A DNA stretch of 62,709 nt from an uncultured bacterium (GCA_938027655.1 CALJAP010000085.1:1-62709); one strand, 5' to 3'; counted from the stretch's first letter, positions 36,682 through 45,780 are shown. The notes: generated by a model not told the origin, from the letters alone. A program made the numbers and translations.

Positions 36682-37569
36682 CTACGCACGCGGGTGATGC
36701 TTCCTGTATACTTCGCGCAGGTGGTCGATGCTCACTCGCGTGTAGATTTGGGTGGTATTGATGCTGGCATGTCCCAGCATCTCCTGCACCGCCCGCAGGT
36801 CTGCCCCACCTTGCAACAGATGCACCGCAAACGAGTGGCGCAAGGTGTGGGGGCTAACTGGGTGGGGGATACCGGCGCGTTGTGCATACTGTTTCAGACG
36901 CAGCCAGAACTGCGTTCGCGATAGCGGTGTGCCGCGCTCGCTGAGGAAGAGGTAGTCCTCGCTACGTTTGCCCAGCAACTTCGGGCGGGCAAGGCGCAGG
37001 TAATCCTGCAACGCCGATTTCGCGCTGTCCCCAAAGGGTACCCACCGTTCTTTTGCCCGTTTGCCGAACACGCGCACGAAGCCCTCGCGCAGGTCGATAT
37101 CCTGCAGGCGCAGTGCTACCACCTCTGACACACGCAACCCGGCGGCGTACGCCAGCTCCAGCATCGCCCGGTCGCGCAATCCGATGGGCGTTCCGGTGTC
37201 TGGCTGTGACAGAAGGCTCTCCACCTCCTGACGCGAGAGGGCGCTGGGCAGTTTGCGAGGTATGCGGAACGTGGAAACGGAAGCGATGGTCTGCTCGGGT
37301 AAAACGCCTTCCTGTCGCAGGAAGCGTGCGAACGCTCGCGCCGCACACAGCTTGCGTTCGATGCTGACCTCTGCCAGCCCGCGCTTGCGCAGATGTTGGG
37401 AGAAAGCCAGCAGACCGTTCTCACCCAGAGCCTCGTGCAGGCAATACCCTCGTTTCCGGGAGAACTCGGCGAGCTGGCGCAGGTCACGCGAGTAAGCGTC
37501 CTGCGTGTGGGCAGAGGCGCCTCGCTCCACACGCAGGTAGTGCAGAAATCGGGCAATCTGTTCGTTCAT
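36682..37569 (-). CDS. xerD: Site-specific tyrosine recombinase XerD
   Basis: RDRAMLELAYAAGLRVSE, GKRAKER, SPHTLRHSFAVHLLQGGADLRAVQEMLGH, TTQIYT, HHPRA end. Confidence 0.9.
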   Translation of the reverse strand: MNEQIARFLHYLRVERGASAHTQDAYSRDLRQLAEFSRKRGYCLHEALGENGLLAFSQHLRKRGLAEVSIERKLCAARAFARFLRQEGVLPEQTIASVSTFRIPRKLPSALSRQEVESLLSQPDTGTPIGLRDRAMLELAYAAGLRVSEVVALRLQDIDLREGFVRVFGKRAKERWVPFGDSAKSALQDYLRLARPKLLGKRSEDYLFLSERGTPLSRTQFWLRLKQYAQRAGIPHPVSPHTLRHSFAVHLLQGGADLRAVQEMLGHASINTTQIYTRVSIDHLREVYRKHHPRA

Positions 37570-38363
37570 TTAGCCGCAGGCTGACCGATGCGGGGCTGCG
37601 GGTTCCTGATGATACCCAGCGCCCAGCGGATGCCCCCCAGCATGTGCTGTTTATACCATTCGCTTTCGATAACATCCTCGCGATGCCCCAGGCCAGTATA
37701 GAACACACGCCCCTTGCCGTAGGGCTTGCACCATATCAACAGGTAGTCGCCCGGCTGCCCCGCTTGTGGATGCCCATCGTTGGGATGCTTGTCCATCGAT
37801 CCCAGCACGTGCAGTTTGGCGCGGTCGTTGTTCTTGAACTCGTAGATTTCGTCAAACACCCTGAAGCGCGGGGCAAGATGCGCCATCGCCGGGTGCTTGG
37901 CGTCCTCTACAATCACCTCCACCTCGCACTGCGCCCCGTGCGTCAGGAACTCTCCACCTAGCATGTCGATGAAAGCGGGTTCATCGTGATAGGTATCCGC
38001 CGCCGCGTGCAGACCGATCACCGCTTTACCCGACTTCACCCAGTTGAGAAACGCCTGCAGGTCGGGAATGCCGATGTTGCCGGTGGTGTTCGAGAAAATC
38101 ACCCCGTCGTACTTTTTCAATCCTTCTGGCGACATCATCTGCTTGACATCCTCGGCGGTGCGGCAGTATTCCACCGTGAACTGCCCAGACCTGTCTGCCA
38201 GCTCGGCAATGACTTTGTCAAAGCTCTTAATCGCTCCCTCGTGACGGAAGCCAGCGGTATGCGATACCACCAGCAGGCGCTTCTTCGCGCGTTGTGCTTC
38301 CGCAGGCACGCTGAAAAGCACCATGACGCCACAGAGCACCAGTATCCACCATGTTCCGTTCAT
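37566..38363 (-). CDS. Secreted ThuA-like domain protein
   Basis: Start re-called at 38363 (AGGAGG). Signal peptide. TAGFRH, GLHAA, DEIY, GKGRVFYTGLGH, GIRWA. Confidence 0.85.
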   Translation of the reverse strand: MNGTWWILVLCGVMVLFSVPAEAQRAKKRLLVVSHTAGFRHEGAIKSFDKVIAELADRSGQFTVEYCRTAEDVKQMMSPEGLKKYDGVIFSNTTGNIGIPDLQAFLNWVKSGKAVIGLHAAADTYHDEPAFIDMLGGEFLTHGAQCEVEVIVEDAKHPAMAHLAPRFRVFDEIYEFKNNDRAKLHVLGSMDKHPNDGHPQAGQPGDYLLIWCKPYGKGRVFYTGLGHREDVIESEWYKQHMLGGIRWALGIIRNPQPRIGQPAAK

Positions 38364-38516
38364 GCTTCTACCTCCTGCTTGAGGGACGGTTGTTTGTCTA
38401 CCGTGCGAATCTTCCGTTTTCAAAAGGGGGAGTCCTGCAGCTTTAGGAAACGCTTCCTGCATGGGTATAATATTTTATCACACGTGATTATCTAGATACG
38501 AGCGGAGCAGTTCCGT

Positions 38517-38676
38517 TTGCTGTCATTCCTGTAGCCGCAACCTTCAGGTTGCGTGCCTCTGGCGCAGGCGACGCGGATTATTTGGATGTTGGCAGCAAGA
38601 TTGCTGTCACTCCTGTAGCCGCAACCTTCCGGTTGCGTGCCCCTGGCGCAGGCGACGCGGATTATTTGGATGTTGG
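38517..38676. repeat. Tandem duplication, two 76-bp copies (84-bp period), each containing a GTAG-led palindrome
   Basis: 38517-38592 and 38601-38676 differ at 3 positions. The core GTAGCCGCAACCTTC(A/C)GGTTGCG folds as a hairpin. Confidence 0.9.
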
Positions 38677-38843
38677 GTTGAAATGGTGGGCTATGGTGAG
38701 CAGAAACCTATCTTCACAGGTTTTCCAATCCGCGCAGGCGGATTTTGCTTCCTTCATCGCCCATGATTTCCATCGTGGGGTTCAGCATGGTGAAGACGTA
38801 AAACGGGCTTGCCTGCATCCAAATAACCACGTGTGGCGAACTA

Positions 38844-40181
38844 TCAGTCCCTCGGCATGGTGACTGCAATCGCCACGTTCTGCAGGTACTTTTCCGCCGA
38901 GCGCAACACGTCTTCCCGCTTCACTGCAGCCACTCTGTCCGCAAACTGCCGGTCAAACTGATAGCCCAGCCCAATGCACTCGTACCAGCCGAGGAAATAG
39001 GCACGGTCGCGCACGCGCTGGTGGCGCAGCGCATAAGAACCAATCACCAGCTTCTTGGCTCGCTCCACCTCCTGTTCGGTGGGTGGATTGGTGCGCACCG
39101 ATTGCATCTGTTGCACCAGCGCCTTCTGGACATCATCCACAATCAACACAGGCACTCCCGTTGCGCTGATGCGGTAGGGCGCAATCTCCACAAAGCCAAG
39201 CAGGCAGCTCCCTCCTGCCAGCGGCGGATAAAAAGAGCCAATCTCGTAGCCGATACCCGCCGCATCGCGCAGGTTGGTGAAAATGCGCGAACTCTTGCCC
39301 CGTCCCAGGATGGCGTCCAGCACCGTCAAGGTGGGGTACTCCACAGAAGTGATACCCGGTGCAGGATACCCTGCCATAATATAGGCGGTATTGCCCGCCT
39401 GCTCACGCACCTTGCTGAGGGGTTCGCGCAGGGGGGTAGACGTCAGGCTCGGGCGACGCACCGCACTGCGCGCCTCCCAGCTGCCGAACAGGGTGGTGAA
39501 CTTCTCCACAACGCGCTCAGCAGGCACATTGCCCACCACCACAATCACCAGATTGTCCGGTGTGTAGAAACGGCGGTGAAACTCCTGTAACTCCTGCACA
39601 GTGGCTCGCCGGATATAAGCCGGGTCGCCGGTGAACGGGTAAGCGTAAGGATGGTCCGGCGGATACAACAGCGTTCGCAACGCCATGAAAGTGCTGCGGA
39701 ACTTAGCGGTACGCTCCGCCTGCGCCTCTGCCAGCGTCTCCTGCTTCGCCCGTTCCACCACCTCCGGCTCGAACTGCGCGTTCTTGATACCTTCTGCCAG
39801 CAGCCACGCCGCGTCGTCAAACGCCTCGGCAACAGTGGTAATGGAAATCTCCGTATAGTCGGGCTGCCAGTAGGAGCGTATCTCTCCACCGACGCGCTCG
39901 ATCTCCTGCGCAAGAGTCTGCATAGTCTCGTTGGTGGTGCTGCCGAACAGACTGCGTGAGGTCAGCAAGCCGATGCCGCGTTTATCCTCCGGCTCTGCCC
40001 ACATGCCTACCTTCAGAAACGCCTCCAGAGCAACCACCCGCGCGGATGGCTCGTGTGAGACCACAATCACCATGCCGTTGCTGAGGATGCGCTTCACCGG
40101 CTCGGCGGCAACCCGGTACTGACCCCAAAGCAGTGCTACCCAGAGTGTGCACAGCAGTCTGCCTTTACTCACCACCCGCAT
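38844..40181 (-). CDS. M16 family peptidase, non-catalytic subunit
   Basis: LSNGM, FYTPDNLVIVVVG, SSRIF, RHQR. HxxEH is replaced by LLTSR. Confidence 0.85.
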   Translation of the reverse strand: MRVVSKGRLLCTLWVALLWGQYRVAAEPVKRILSNGMVIVVSHEPSARVVALEAFLKVGMWAEPEDKRGIGLLTSRSLFGSTTNETMQTLAQEIERVGGEIRSYWQPDYTEISITTVAEAFDDAAWLLAEGIKNAQFEPEVVERAKQETLAEAQAERTAKFRSTFMALRTLLYPPDHPYAYPFTGDPAYIRRATVQELQEFHRRFYTPDNLVIVVVGNVPAERVVEKFTTLFGSWEARSAVRRPSLTSTPLREPLSKVREQAGNTAYIMAGYPAPGITSVEYPTLTVLDAILGRGKSSRIFTNLRDAAGIGYEIGSFYPPLAGGSCLLGFVEIAPYRISATGVPVLIVDDVQKALVQQMQSVRTNPPTEQEVERAKKLVIGSYALRHQRVRDRAYFLGWYECIGLGYQFDRQFADRVAAVKREDVLRSAEKYLQNVAIAVTMPRD

Positions 40182-40214
40182 TTTTTGACAAGCTCCCTTC
40201 CATCCGTTATCGCC

Positions 40215-41519
40215 CTACTCCTTTACCAGCGTCACCACTACCCGCTTTTCGGGGTCGAGGTACTTTTCCACTGTGCGGCGGATATCCTCGGCAGTCACCG
40301 CCAGTACGTTCTTTTCGTACTCGGTGGCGAAGAGGTAGGTATCTATCATTTCGTAGAAGCCCAGCGCGTTCGCTTGCCCTTCGGTAGTCTCTATGCTGAA
40401 GAGATAGTTGCCCAGTATCTCGCGCTTGGCGCGCGCCAGCTCTGTCTCCGTAATCGGCGTCTTCGCCAGCTGCTGTAACGCGCCCACCACCATCGCCTCC
40501 GCCTGCTGGGGATTGCCGCCTTCGGGCAGCTCCACGACAATGCTGAACAGCCCCGGATATCGCTGGGTCAGAAACTCGGTGGTAACGCGCGTGGCAACTC
40601 CCTGTCCGACCAGCAGGCGGGTCAACAGCCCGTCGCGTTGCCCCAGCAGGGCAAGGAGCAGGTCACACGCGCAGACGTCCCTCACCTCTGTCACCGATGG
40701 CGCCATGAAGCCGATGCCCACCACCGGGAAGCCCCTGCGCACCTTGAACTGGGCGTGGCGAGGCGAGTCGGGTGGCGGTTCGGGTTGGGGTTCGGGATCG
40801 GTGATGTCGCGCCTCTGCCACTTGCCGAAGAGCTTCTCTGCCACTGCAAACACTTCCGCTTCGGCGACATCCCCCACGACAACCAGCGAGGCGTTGTTTG
40901 GCACGTAGTACTTGCGGTAGAACTCCACCACTTGCTCGCGCTGGATGCGGATAATGGAATCGCGCGTGGCAGCGACAGGCAGGCGATAGGGATGCTTTTG
41001 AAAGAGCAGTTCTGCCAGCCGCTGGTTCGCATCGCGCACGGGGTCGTCGGCGGCGCGCGCCAGCTCGTCTAGAATAATCATCTGTTCGCGTTCCACATCT
41101 TCGGGGCGCAGCGCGCTGTTTTGCACCGCATCAGCCACCACCTCCAGCGCATTTTGCCAGTATCGGCTGGCGACGGTGGTATACAGGTGCATCCAGTCGC
41201 GCGAGGTGGTGGCATTGAGGGTGGCGCCCAGCTCCTCGATGTCGCGGTCTACCTCACCTCTGCCTCGCTTCGCCGTGCCACGAAACAGCAGATGCTCCAT
41301 GAAGTGCGCTACACCGTTGGTTTCAGCGGTCTCTCGCGCGGAGCCCGCACGCACCCACAGGTCTATCGTCACCAGCGGCGCTTCATGCGCCTCGCGCACC
41401 AGCACGCGCAACCCGTTTGGAAGGGTCTTCAGTTTGATCGATTCAGCAGGCAGGCTATCTGCCGCGGCAACAACCGCCGCCAGCAGCAGAAACCAGCAGA
41501 CGACCACAGATTTGACCAC
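40215..41519 (-). CDS. M16 family zinc peptidase, catalytic subunit
   Basis: LPNGL, GVAHFMEHLLF (HxxEH), ILDE, YYVPNNASLVVVGD. Signal peptide. Confidence 0.92.
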   Translation of the reverse strand: MVKSVVVCWFLLLAAVVAAADSLPAESIKLKTLPNGLRVLVREAHEAPLVTIDLWVRAGSARETAETNGVAHFMEHLLFRGTAKRGRGEVDRDIEELGATLNATTSRDWMHLYTTVASRYWQNALEVVADAVQNSALRPEDVEREQMIILDELARAADDPVRDANQRLAELLFQKHPYRLPVAATRDSIIRIQREQVVEFYRKYYVPNNASLVVVGDVAEAEVFAVAEKLFGKWQRRDITDPEPQPEPPPDSPRHAQFKVRRGFPVVGIGFMAPSVTEVRDVCACDLLLALLGQRDGLLTRLLVGQGVATRVTTEFLTQRYPGLFSIVVELPEGGNPQQAEAMVVGALQQLAKTPITETELARAKREILGNYLFSIETTEGQANALGFYEMIDTYLFATEYEKNVLAVTAEDIRRTVEKYLDPEKRVVVTLVKE

Positions 41520-41665
41520 AAAACGACTCCTAAGAGAGGATATTCTATAGCCTTATTTATTTCGGCAAGAACAGTGGTTTCACCTGTCTGACGTTTGCTT
41601 GCTTCAGGGGCAGAGGATATGTTATCATCTTTAATCGGATTCCAACTGCCGATAATGAGAGTGCC

Positions 41666-44305
41666 ATGTTAGCTCAGGAGTTACGCGAAAAATACCTGCG
41701 GTTCTTTGAGAGCAAAGGACACAGACGGTTTCCTTCAGATAGCCTTGTGCCCAACGACCCGTCGTTGCTGTTCACCAGCGCGGGCATGGTACAGTTCAAG
41801 CCCTACTTCCTCGGGCTGGCAACCCCGCCCCACACACGGGTCACAACGGTGCAGAAATGCCTGCGCACCACCGACATCGAGTCGGTGGGCGACCACTCGC
41901 ATCTCACCTTCTTCGAGATGCTGGGTAACTTCAGCTTCGGCGACTACTTCAAGCGCGAGGCTATCCTGTGGGCGTGGGAGTTCCTCACTGAGTGGCTGCA
42001 TATCTCACCTGACCGCCTGCGCGTTACCATCTACTTGGACGACGACGAGGCGTACGAGGTGTGGAATCGTGAGGTGGGCGTGCCCGACCGCAAAATCTTC
42101 CGCTTCGGTGAGAAGAGCAACTACTGGCCCGCCAACGCCATCTCGGAGGGTCCGAACGGTCCATGTGGTCCCTGTTCGGAAATCTTTTACGATACCCGTC
42201 CCGACCTGCCTCCCACCCCTGACGGTGTGTGGGACGACGTACGCTGGCTGGAAATCTGGAATCTGGTGTTTATGCAGTACGAACGGCACGACGGCGGCAG
42301 ACTCACCCCTCTGCCACGTAAGAATATCGACACGGGCATGGGGCTGGAACGCACCGCCGCCATCCTCGCGGGCAAGGCGAGCGTGTTCGATACCGACCTC
42401 TTTCAACCACTCATTGCGCGCATTGCCGACCTGAGCGGGCACGCCTACAGCGGTAGCGACTCCACAGAAGATGTTGCCTTCCGCCTGATTGCCGACCACA
42501 TCCGCGCTACCACCATGTCCATCGCCGACGGAGTGCTCCCCTCCAACGAGGGGCGTGGTTACGTGATACGGCGACTCCTGCGCCGGGCGATGCTGCGCGG
42601 GCAGAACGTACTGGGCTTTGACCGTCCCTTCCTCGCCGATGTGGCAACAGCGGTGATCGAAACGCTGGGCGAGGTGTATCCCGAGGTGCGCGAGCGACGC
42701 GATTATGTGCTGCGCACCATTCGCAGCGAGGAAGAACGCTTCCGCCAGACCATTCAGGTTGGTTCACAACGGCTGGCGGAGATGCTTGGGGCGTCCGAAG
42801 TGCAGAGGAGCAAGGTACTGCCCGGCGAGCAGGCGTTCATGCTATACGACACCTACGGTTTCCCCCTGGAGCTGACACAGGAGGTCGCCGCCGAGGCGGG
42901 TATCGGGGTCGATGTAGAGGGCTTCCGTCGGGCGATGGAGGAGCAGCGTCGGCGTGCTCGTGAAGCCAGCGGTATTGCCACACAGTTGTTCGCCATCGCG
43001 GGCGACGCTGCCACCGAACTGCAGAAAACGCTTCCGCCGACAAAGTTCCTGGGCTACCGGCAGCATGAGGCGGAAGCGAAGGTGCTCGCCATTATCCGGC
43101 AGGGAGAACCTGCCACTTTTGCCAGCGAGGGCGAAGAAGTGGAACTGGTGCTAGACCAGACCCCCTTCTACGCTGAGGCAGGCGGTCAGGTGGGCGACAC
43201 CGGATGGATACAGGGAAAAGACTTCCGGTTTGAAGTCAAAGATACCCAGAAGGTGGGCGACCTGTACCTGCACATCGGCATGGTGACGCGCGGACGTGTG
43301 GAGGTGGAAGCCCCCGTTTCCGCCCGCATCGACACGCAACGTCGCTGGCACATCATGCGCAACCACACCGCTACGCATTTGCTACATGCGGCGTTACGCC
43401 AGGTGCTGGGTTCGCATGTGCATCAAGCTGGTTCGCTGGTAGCACCCGACCGCCTGCGTTTCGACTTCACCCATACCAGCGCGATGAGCGAGGAGCAAAT
43501 CGCCGAGGTGGAACGTCTGGTGAACGAGCGTATCCTAGAAGACAAGCCGGTCATGGTACATTGGGACGTGCCGCTTGCGGAGGCGCGGGCGCGCGGCGCG
43601 ATGGCGCTGTTCGGGGAGAAGTACGGCGACACCGTGCGCATGATCGAGGTGCCCGGCGTGAGCCTGGAATTGTGCGGTGGCACGCATCTGGAACGCACCT
43701 CGCAGGTCGGGCTGTTCAAGATAGTGTCGGAGGAAAGTGTGGCGGCGGGCGTGCGCCGCGTCGAGGCGGTCACGGGTTGGGGCGCGTATCAGCTGATGCG
43801 CCAGCAACAGGAGCTGCTGGAGGAAGCGGCGGCGCGTCTGAAATGCGCGGTGTCCGACATCCCTGCGGCGATCGAACGTCTGCAGGCGCAGCGTCAGGAG
43901 ATGGAGAGGCAGATTCAGCAGCTACGCACCGGTGCGGCTGCCCGCTCCATGCAGTTCGAACCCGTCGAGCTGGCGGGGTTGCAAGTGGTTACCGGACGAG
44001 CCGACGGTGCAGACGCGCAGACGTTGGCTTCTCTGGCGGACCAGGCGGCACAGAAGGCATCAGTGGACCTGGTGGTGCTCGCTGCAGCAACCGACGGCAA
44101 GGCGCTGTTCGTGGCGAAGGCGAAACCCTCGGCGGTGGCAAAGGGGGTTCATGCCGGCAACCTGGTGCGCGAGCTGGCGAAAATCAGCGGGGGCGGCGGC
44201 GGCGGGCGTGCCGAGTTCGCTCAGGCAGGCGGGCGCGATGCTAGCAAAATCCCGCAAGCTTTGCAGCAGTTGCCCCTCCTGCTACAGCAGATGGTGGGAA
44301 GATAG
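41666..44305 (+). CDS. alaS: Alanine--tRNA ligase
   Basis: LLFTSAGMVQFK, FFEMLGNFSFGDYFK, IDTGMGLER, NHTATHLLH, ELCGGTH, GGGGG..AQAGG. Confidence 0.98.
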   Translation: MLAQELREKYLRFFESKGHRRFPSDSLVPNDPSLLFTSAGMVQFKPYFLGLATPPHTRVTTVQKCLRTTDIESVGDHSHLTFFEMLGNFSFGDYFKREAILWAWEFLTEWLHISPDRLRVTIYLDDDEAYEVWNREVGVPDRKIFRFGEKSNYWPANAISEGPNGPCGPCSEIFYDTRPDLPPTPDGVWDDVRWLEIWNLVFMQYERHDGGRLTPLPRKNIDTGMGLERTAAILAGKASVFDTDLFQPLIARIADLSGHAYSGSDSTEDVAFRLIADHIRATTMSIADGVLPSNEGRGYVIRRLLRRAMLRGQNVLGFDRPFLADVATAVIETLGEVYPEVRERRDYVLRTIRSEEERFRQTIQVGSQRLAEMLGASEVQRSKVLPGEQAFMLYDTYGFPLELTQEVAAEAGIGVDVEGFRRAMEEQRRRAREASGIATQLFAIAGDAATELQKTLPPTKFLGYRQHEAEAKVLAIIRQGEPATFASEGEEVELVLDQTPFYAEAGGQVGDTGWIQGKDFRFEVKDTQKVGDLYLHIGMVTRGRVEVEAPVSARIDTQRRWHIMRNHTATHLLHAALRQVLGSHVHQAGSLVAPDRLRFDFTHTSAMSEEQIAEVERLVNERILEDKPVMVHWDVPLAEARARGAMALFGEKYGDTVRMIEVPGVSLELCGGTHLERTSQVGLFKIVSEESVAAGVRRVEAVTGWGAYQLMRQQQELLEEAAARLKCAVSDIPAAIERLQAQRQEMERQIQQLRTGAAARSMQFEPVELAGLQVVTGRADGADAQTLASLADQAAQKASVDLVVLAAATDGKALFVAKAKPSAVAKGVHAGNLVRELAKISGGGGGGRAEFAQAGGRDASKIPQALQQLPLLLQQMVGR

Positions 44306-44353
44306 CAAAAATCGAAATGTTTTTTTGCTACAATCCTGCAAAAACCGCCTCAG

Positions 44354-44369
44354 TGGTACGATTCTTGCT
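44354..44369 (+). promoter_or_regulatory. sigma54 (-24/-12) promoter, copy 1
   Basis: TGGTACGATTCTTGCT fits TGGYAC-N5-TTGCW with exact GG-N10-GC spacing. Intergenic. Confidence 0.75.
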
Positions 44370-44379
44370 ATATATATGG

Positions 44380-44592
44380 AATGGAAACCCCGCAAGGCGG
44401 GGTGGGGTCAGGCACACCGCCGGTAACAATGACCGACGGTCTGTGCTGATAGGGCGCGAAAGCACTGGGTTTCGCGCCGGTGCGCCTGGACGCGCTTGGC
44501 GTCGGGCTGCGAAAGGGTGAAACATCACCCTTTCGCCTAACGGTGCACTCGCAATGCCGCCGGATGTTTCCATCCGGCGGTCTTCCCTTTTC
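44380..44592 (+). ncRNA. Candidate structured non-coding RNA (~210 nt), family not recognised
   Basis: Bounded by a sigma54 promoter and an intrinsic terminator. At least 5 hairpins, including perfect 9-bp (44453-44478) and 12-bp (44509-44536) stems. No credible ORF or RBS. Confidence 0.6.
44556..44592 (+). terminator. Rho-independent terminator
   Basis: GCCGCCGGATG-TTTC-CATCCGGCGGT followed by CTTCCCTTTTC. Confidence 0.75.
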
Positions 44593-45740
44593 TATACATG
44601 TACGTTGAACAGCACGCCGATTAGATAGGTCAACACACCCACCACAAAAGCGATGGCAGTCATCTCCAGCCCGCTGACCCACCACTTGCGCGTAGTCACC
44701 AGACTCTTAGCTGCCCCCACCGCGAAGTGCGCCAGCACGCTTACGAACGCCGACCAGAATACCGCCATCCACCCCCGTGCGAAGAAGAACGGCAGCACCG
44801 GTATCAACCCACCAACGGCAGTGGATACCATCGACGACAGAAGCGAGACCCACGGATTGGGGAAGCTGGCTTCGGATAGTCCCAGCTCCTCATGCGCCAT
44901 CAGGCGCAGCATCTGGTCAGGCTTCTCTGCCAGCCGACGCGCCATTGCCTCCGCTTCCTCTTCGGAAAAACCCTTGAGCTGGTAGAACAGGCTCATCTCC
45001 TCAATCTCTTCTTCCGGGTTCTCGTGAAGCTCTCCGCGCTCGCGGGCAAGCTCCGCCTCGTACACCTCACGCTCTGACTTCGCTGCCAGAAAGGCGCCGG
45101 AGCCCATCGATAGCGCGCTGGCCAAAGTGCCCACCAGCCCAGCAATCAGCACCGTCTGGTGTCCAGCCGCGCTGCCCGCGCTGTAGCCCGCCATACCGGA
45201 TACAATGCCGAATACCGCGCCTAACCCATCGTTGATGCCGTAGATGGCATCGCCTATCCACGAGCCGCCGCGCACGTGCCAGTGTTCCCGCCGCAGGATG
45301 CGCTCCACCGGATGCTCCGTGCCCGAGGCGGAGTACAAAGCGTGTGTCATGTGAGCATGTTCCTCTTCATCTCGCATCACCCGCTGCGCGAGTTCTGCGG
45401 TACGTTCGTCGCCCATGTGCTGCATCTGCAGGTAGCGTGCCACTGCCTCGTCTTCATGTTCCTCCATCCGTCGCAGCACCATCTCAGGGCTTGCCAGATA
45501 CGCCTGCCAGCCGAACAGCGGTTTCACCTTACGAACCTGCGGCGGTTTGCCTCCCAACTCTACCAGTCGCTGGCTCCACTCCTCTGCGTGGCGGTCTTCC
45601 ACTTGCGCCAGCTGCTCCAGTATCTTCTTTTTGCGCGGGTCTTTCTCGCGTTTCGCCAGCAGGCGGTAGGTCTCTGCGCTGGACAGCTCGCCCCGAATCA
45701 CCTCTTCAATTGAAGCCTTCAATTTTGCATCGGCACCCAT
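44592..45740 (-). CDS. Ferritin/rubrerythrin-like domain fused to VIT1/CCC1 metal transporter
   Basis: Start re-called at 45740 (AAGGAG). Di-iron ExxH motifs (EDRH, DEEEH). DAIYGINDGL, SALSMGSG.FL, HEELG VIT1 motifs. Confidence 0.88.
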   Translation of the reverse strand: MGADAKLKASIEEVIRGELSSAETYRLLAKREKDPRKKKILEQLAQVEDRHAEEWSQRLVELGGKPPQVRKVKPLFGWQAYLASPEMVLRRMEEHEDEAVARYLQMQHMGDERTAELAQRVMRDEEEHAHMTHALYSASGTEHPVERILRREHWHVRGGSWIGDAIYGINDGLGAVFGIVSGMAGYSAGSAAGHQTVLIAGLVGTLASALSMGSGAFLAAKSEREVYEAELARERGELHENPEEEIEEMSLFYQLKGFSEEEAEAMARRLAEKPDQMLRLMAHEELGLSEASFPNPWVSLLSSMVSTAVGGLIPVLPFFFARGWMAVFWSAFVSVLAHFAVGAAKSLVTTRKWWVSGLEMTAIAFVVGVLTYLIGVLFNVHV

Positions 45741-45761
45741 CGAACCGTCTTTTCTCCTTTT

Positions 45762-45780
45762 AATAATGATTCGCGTTATT
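45762..45780. promoter_or_regulatory. Fur-family operator-like site
   Basis: AATAATGATTCGCGTTATT matches GATAATGATAATCATTATC at 13/19 positions. It lies between the minus-strand TGxTATAAT (-10 at 45781-45786) and the RBS. Confidence 0.55.

Noticed and set aside
36682-37569. Prophage or island integrase
   Set aside because: Length and motifs match housekeeping XerD, with no att sites or phage genes nearby.
38517-38676. Possible CRISPR array
   Set aside because: Only two 76-bp units with an 8-bp gap, no unique spacers of CRISPR size, and no cas genes in the window.
41626-41655. sigma28 promoter or T-box leader before alaS
   Set aside because: GCCGATAA is present, but there is no TAAA at 15-16 nt and it lies only 10 nt from the ATG. 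The leader is too short and lacks a T-box motif.
44443-44465. Hammerhead ribozyme core (CTGATAG...GAAA) in the candidate ncRNA
   Set aside because: CTGATAG does not fit CUGANGA, and stems I-III with an NUH cleavage site cannot be built.
44428-44492. ZTP (pfl) or c-di-GMP riboswitch
   Set aside because: Only partial resemblance (GCCGGTGCGCCTGGAC), the pseudoknot partners do not match, and there is no downstream gene on that strand.
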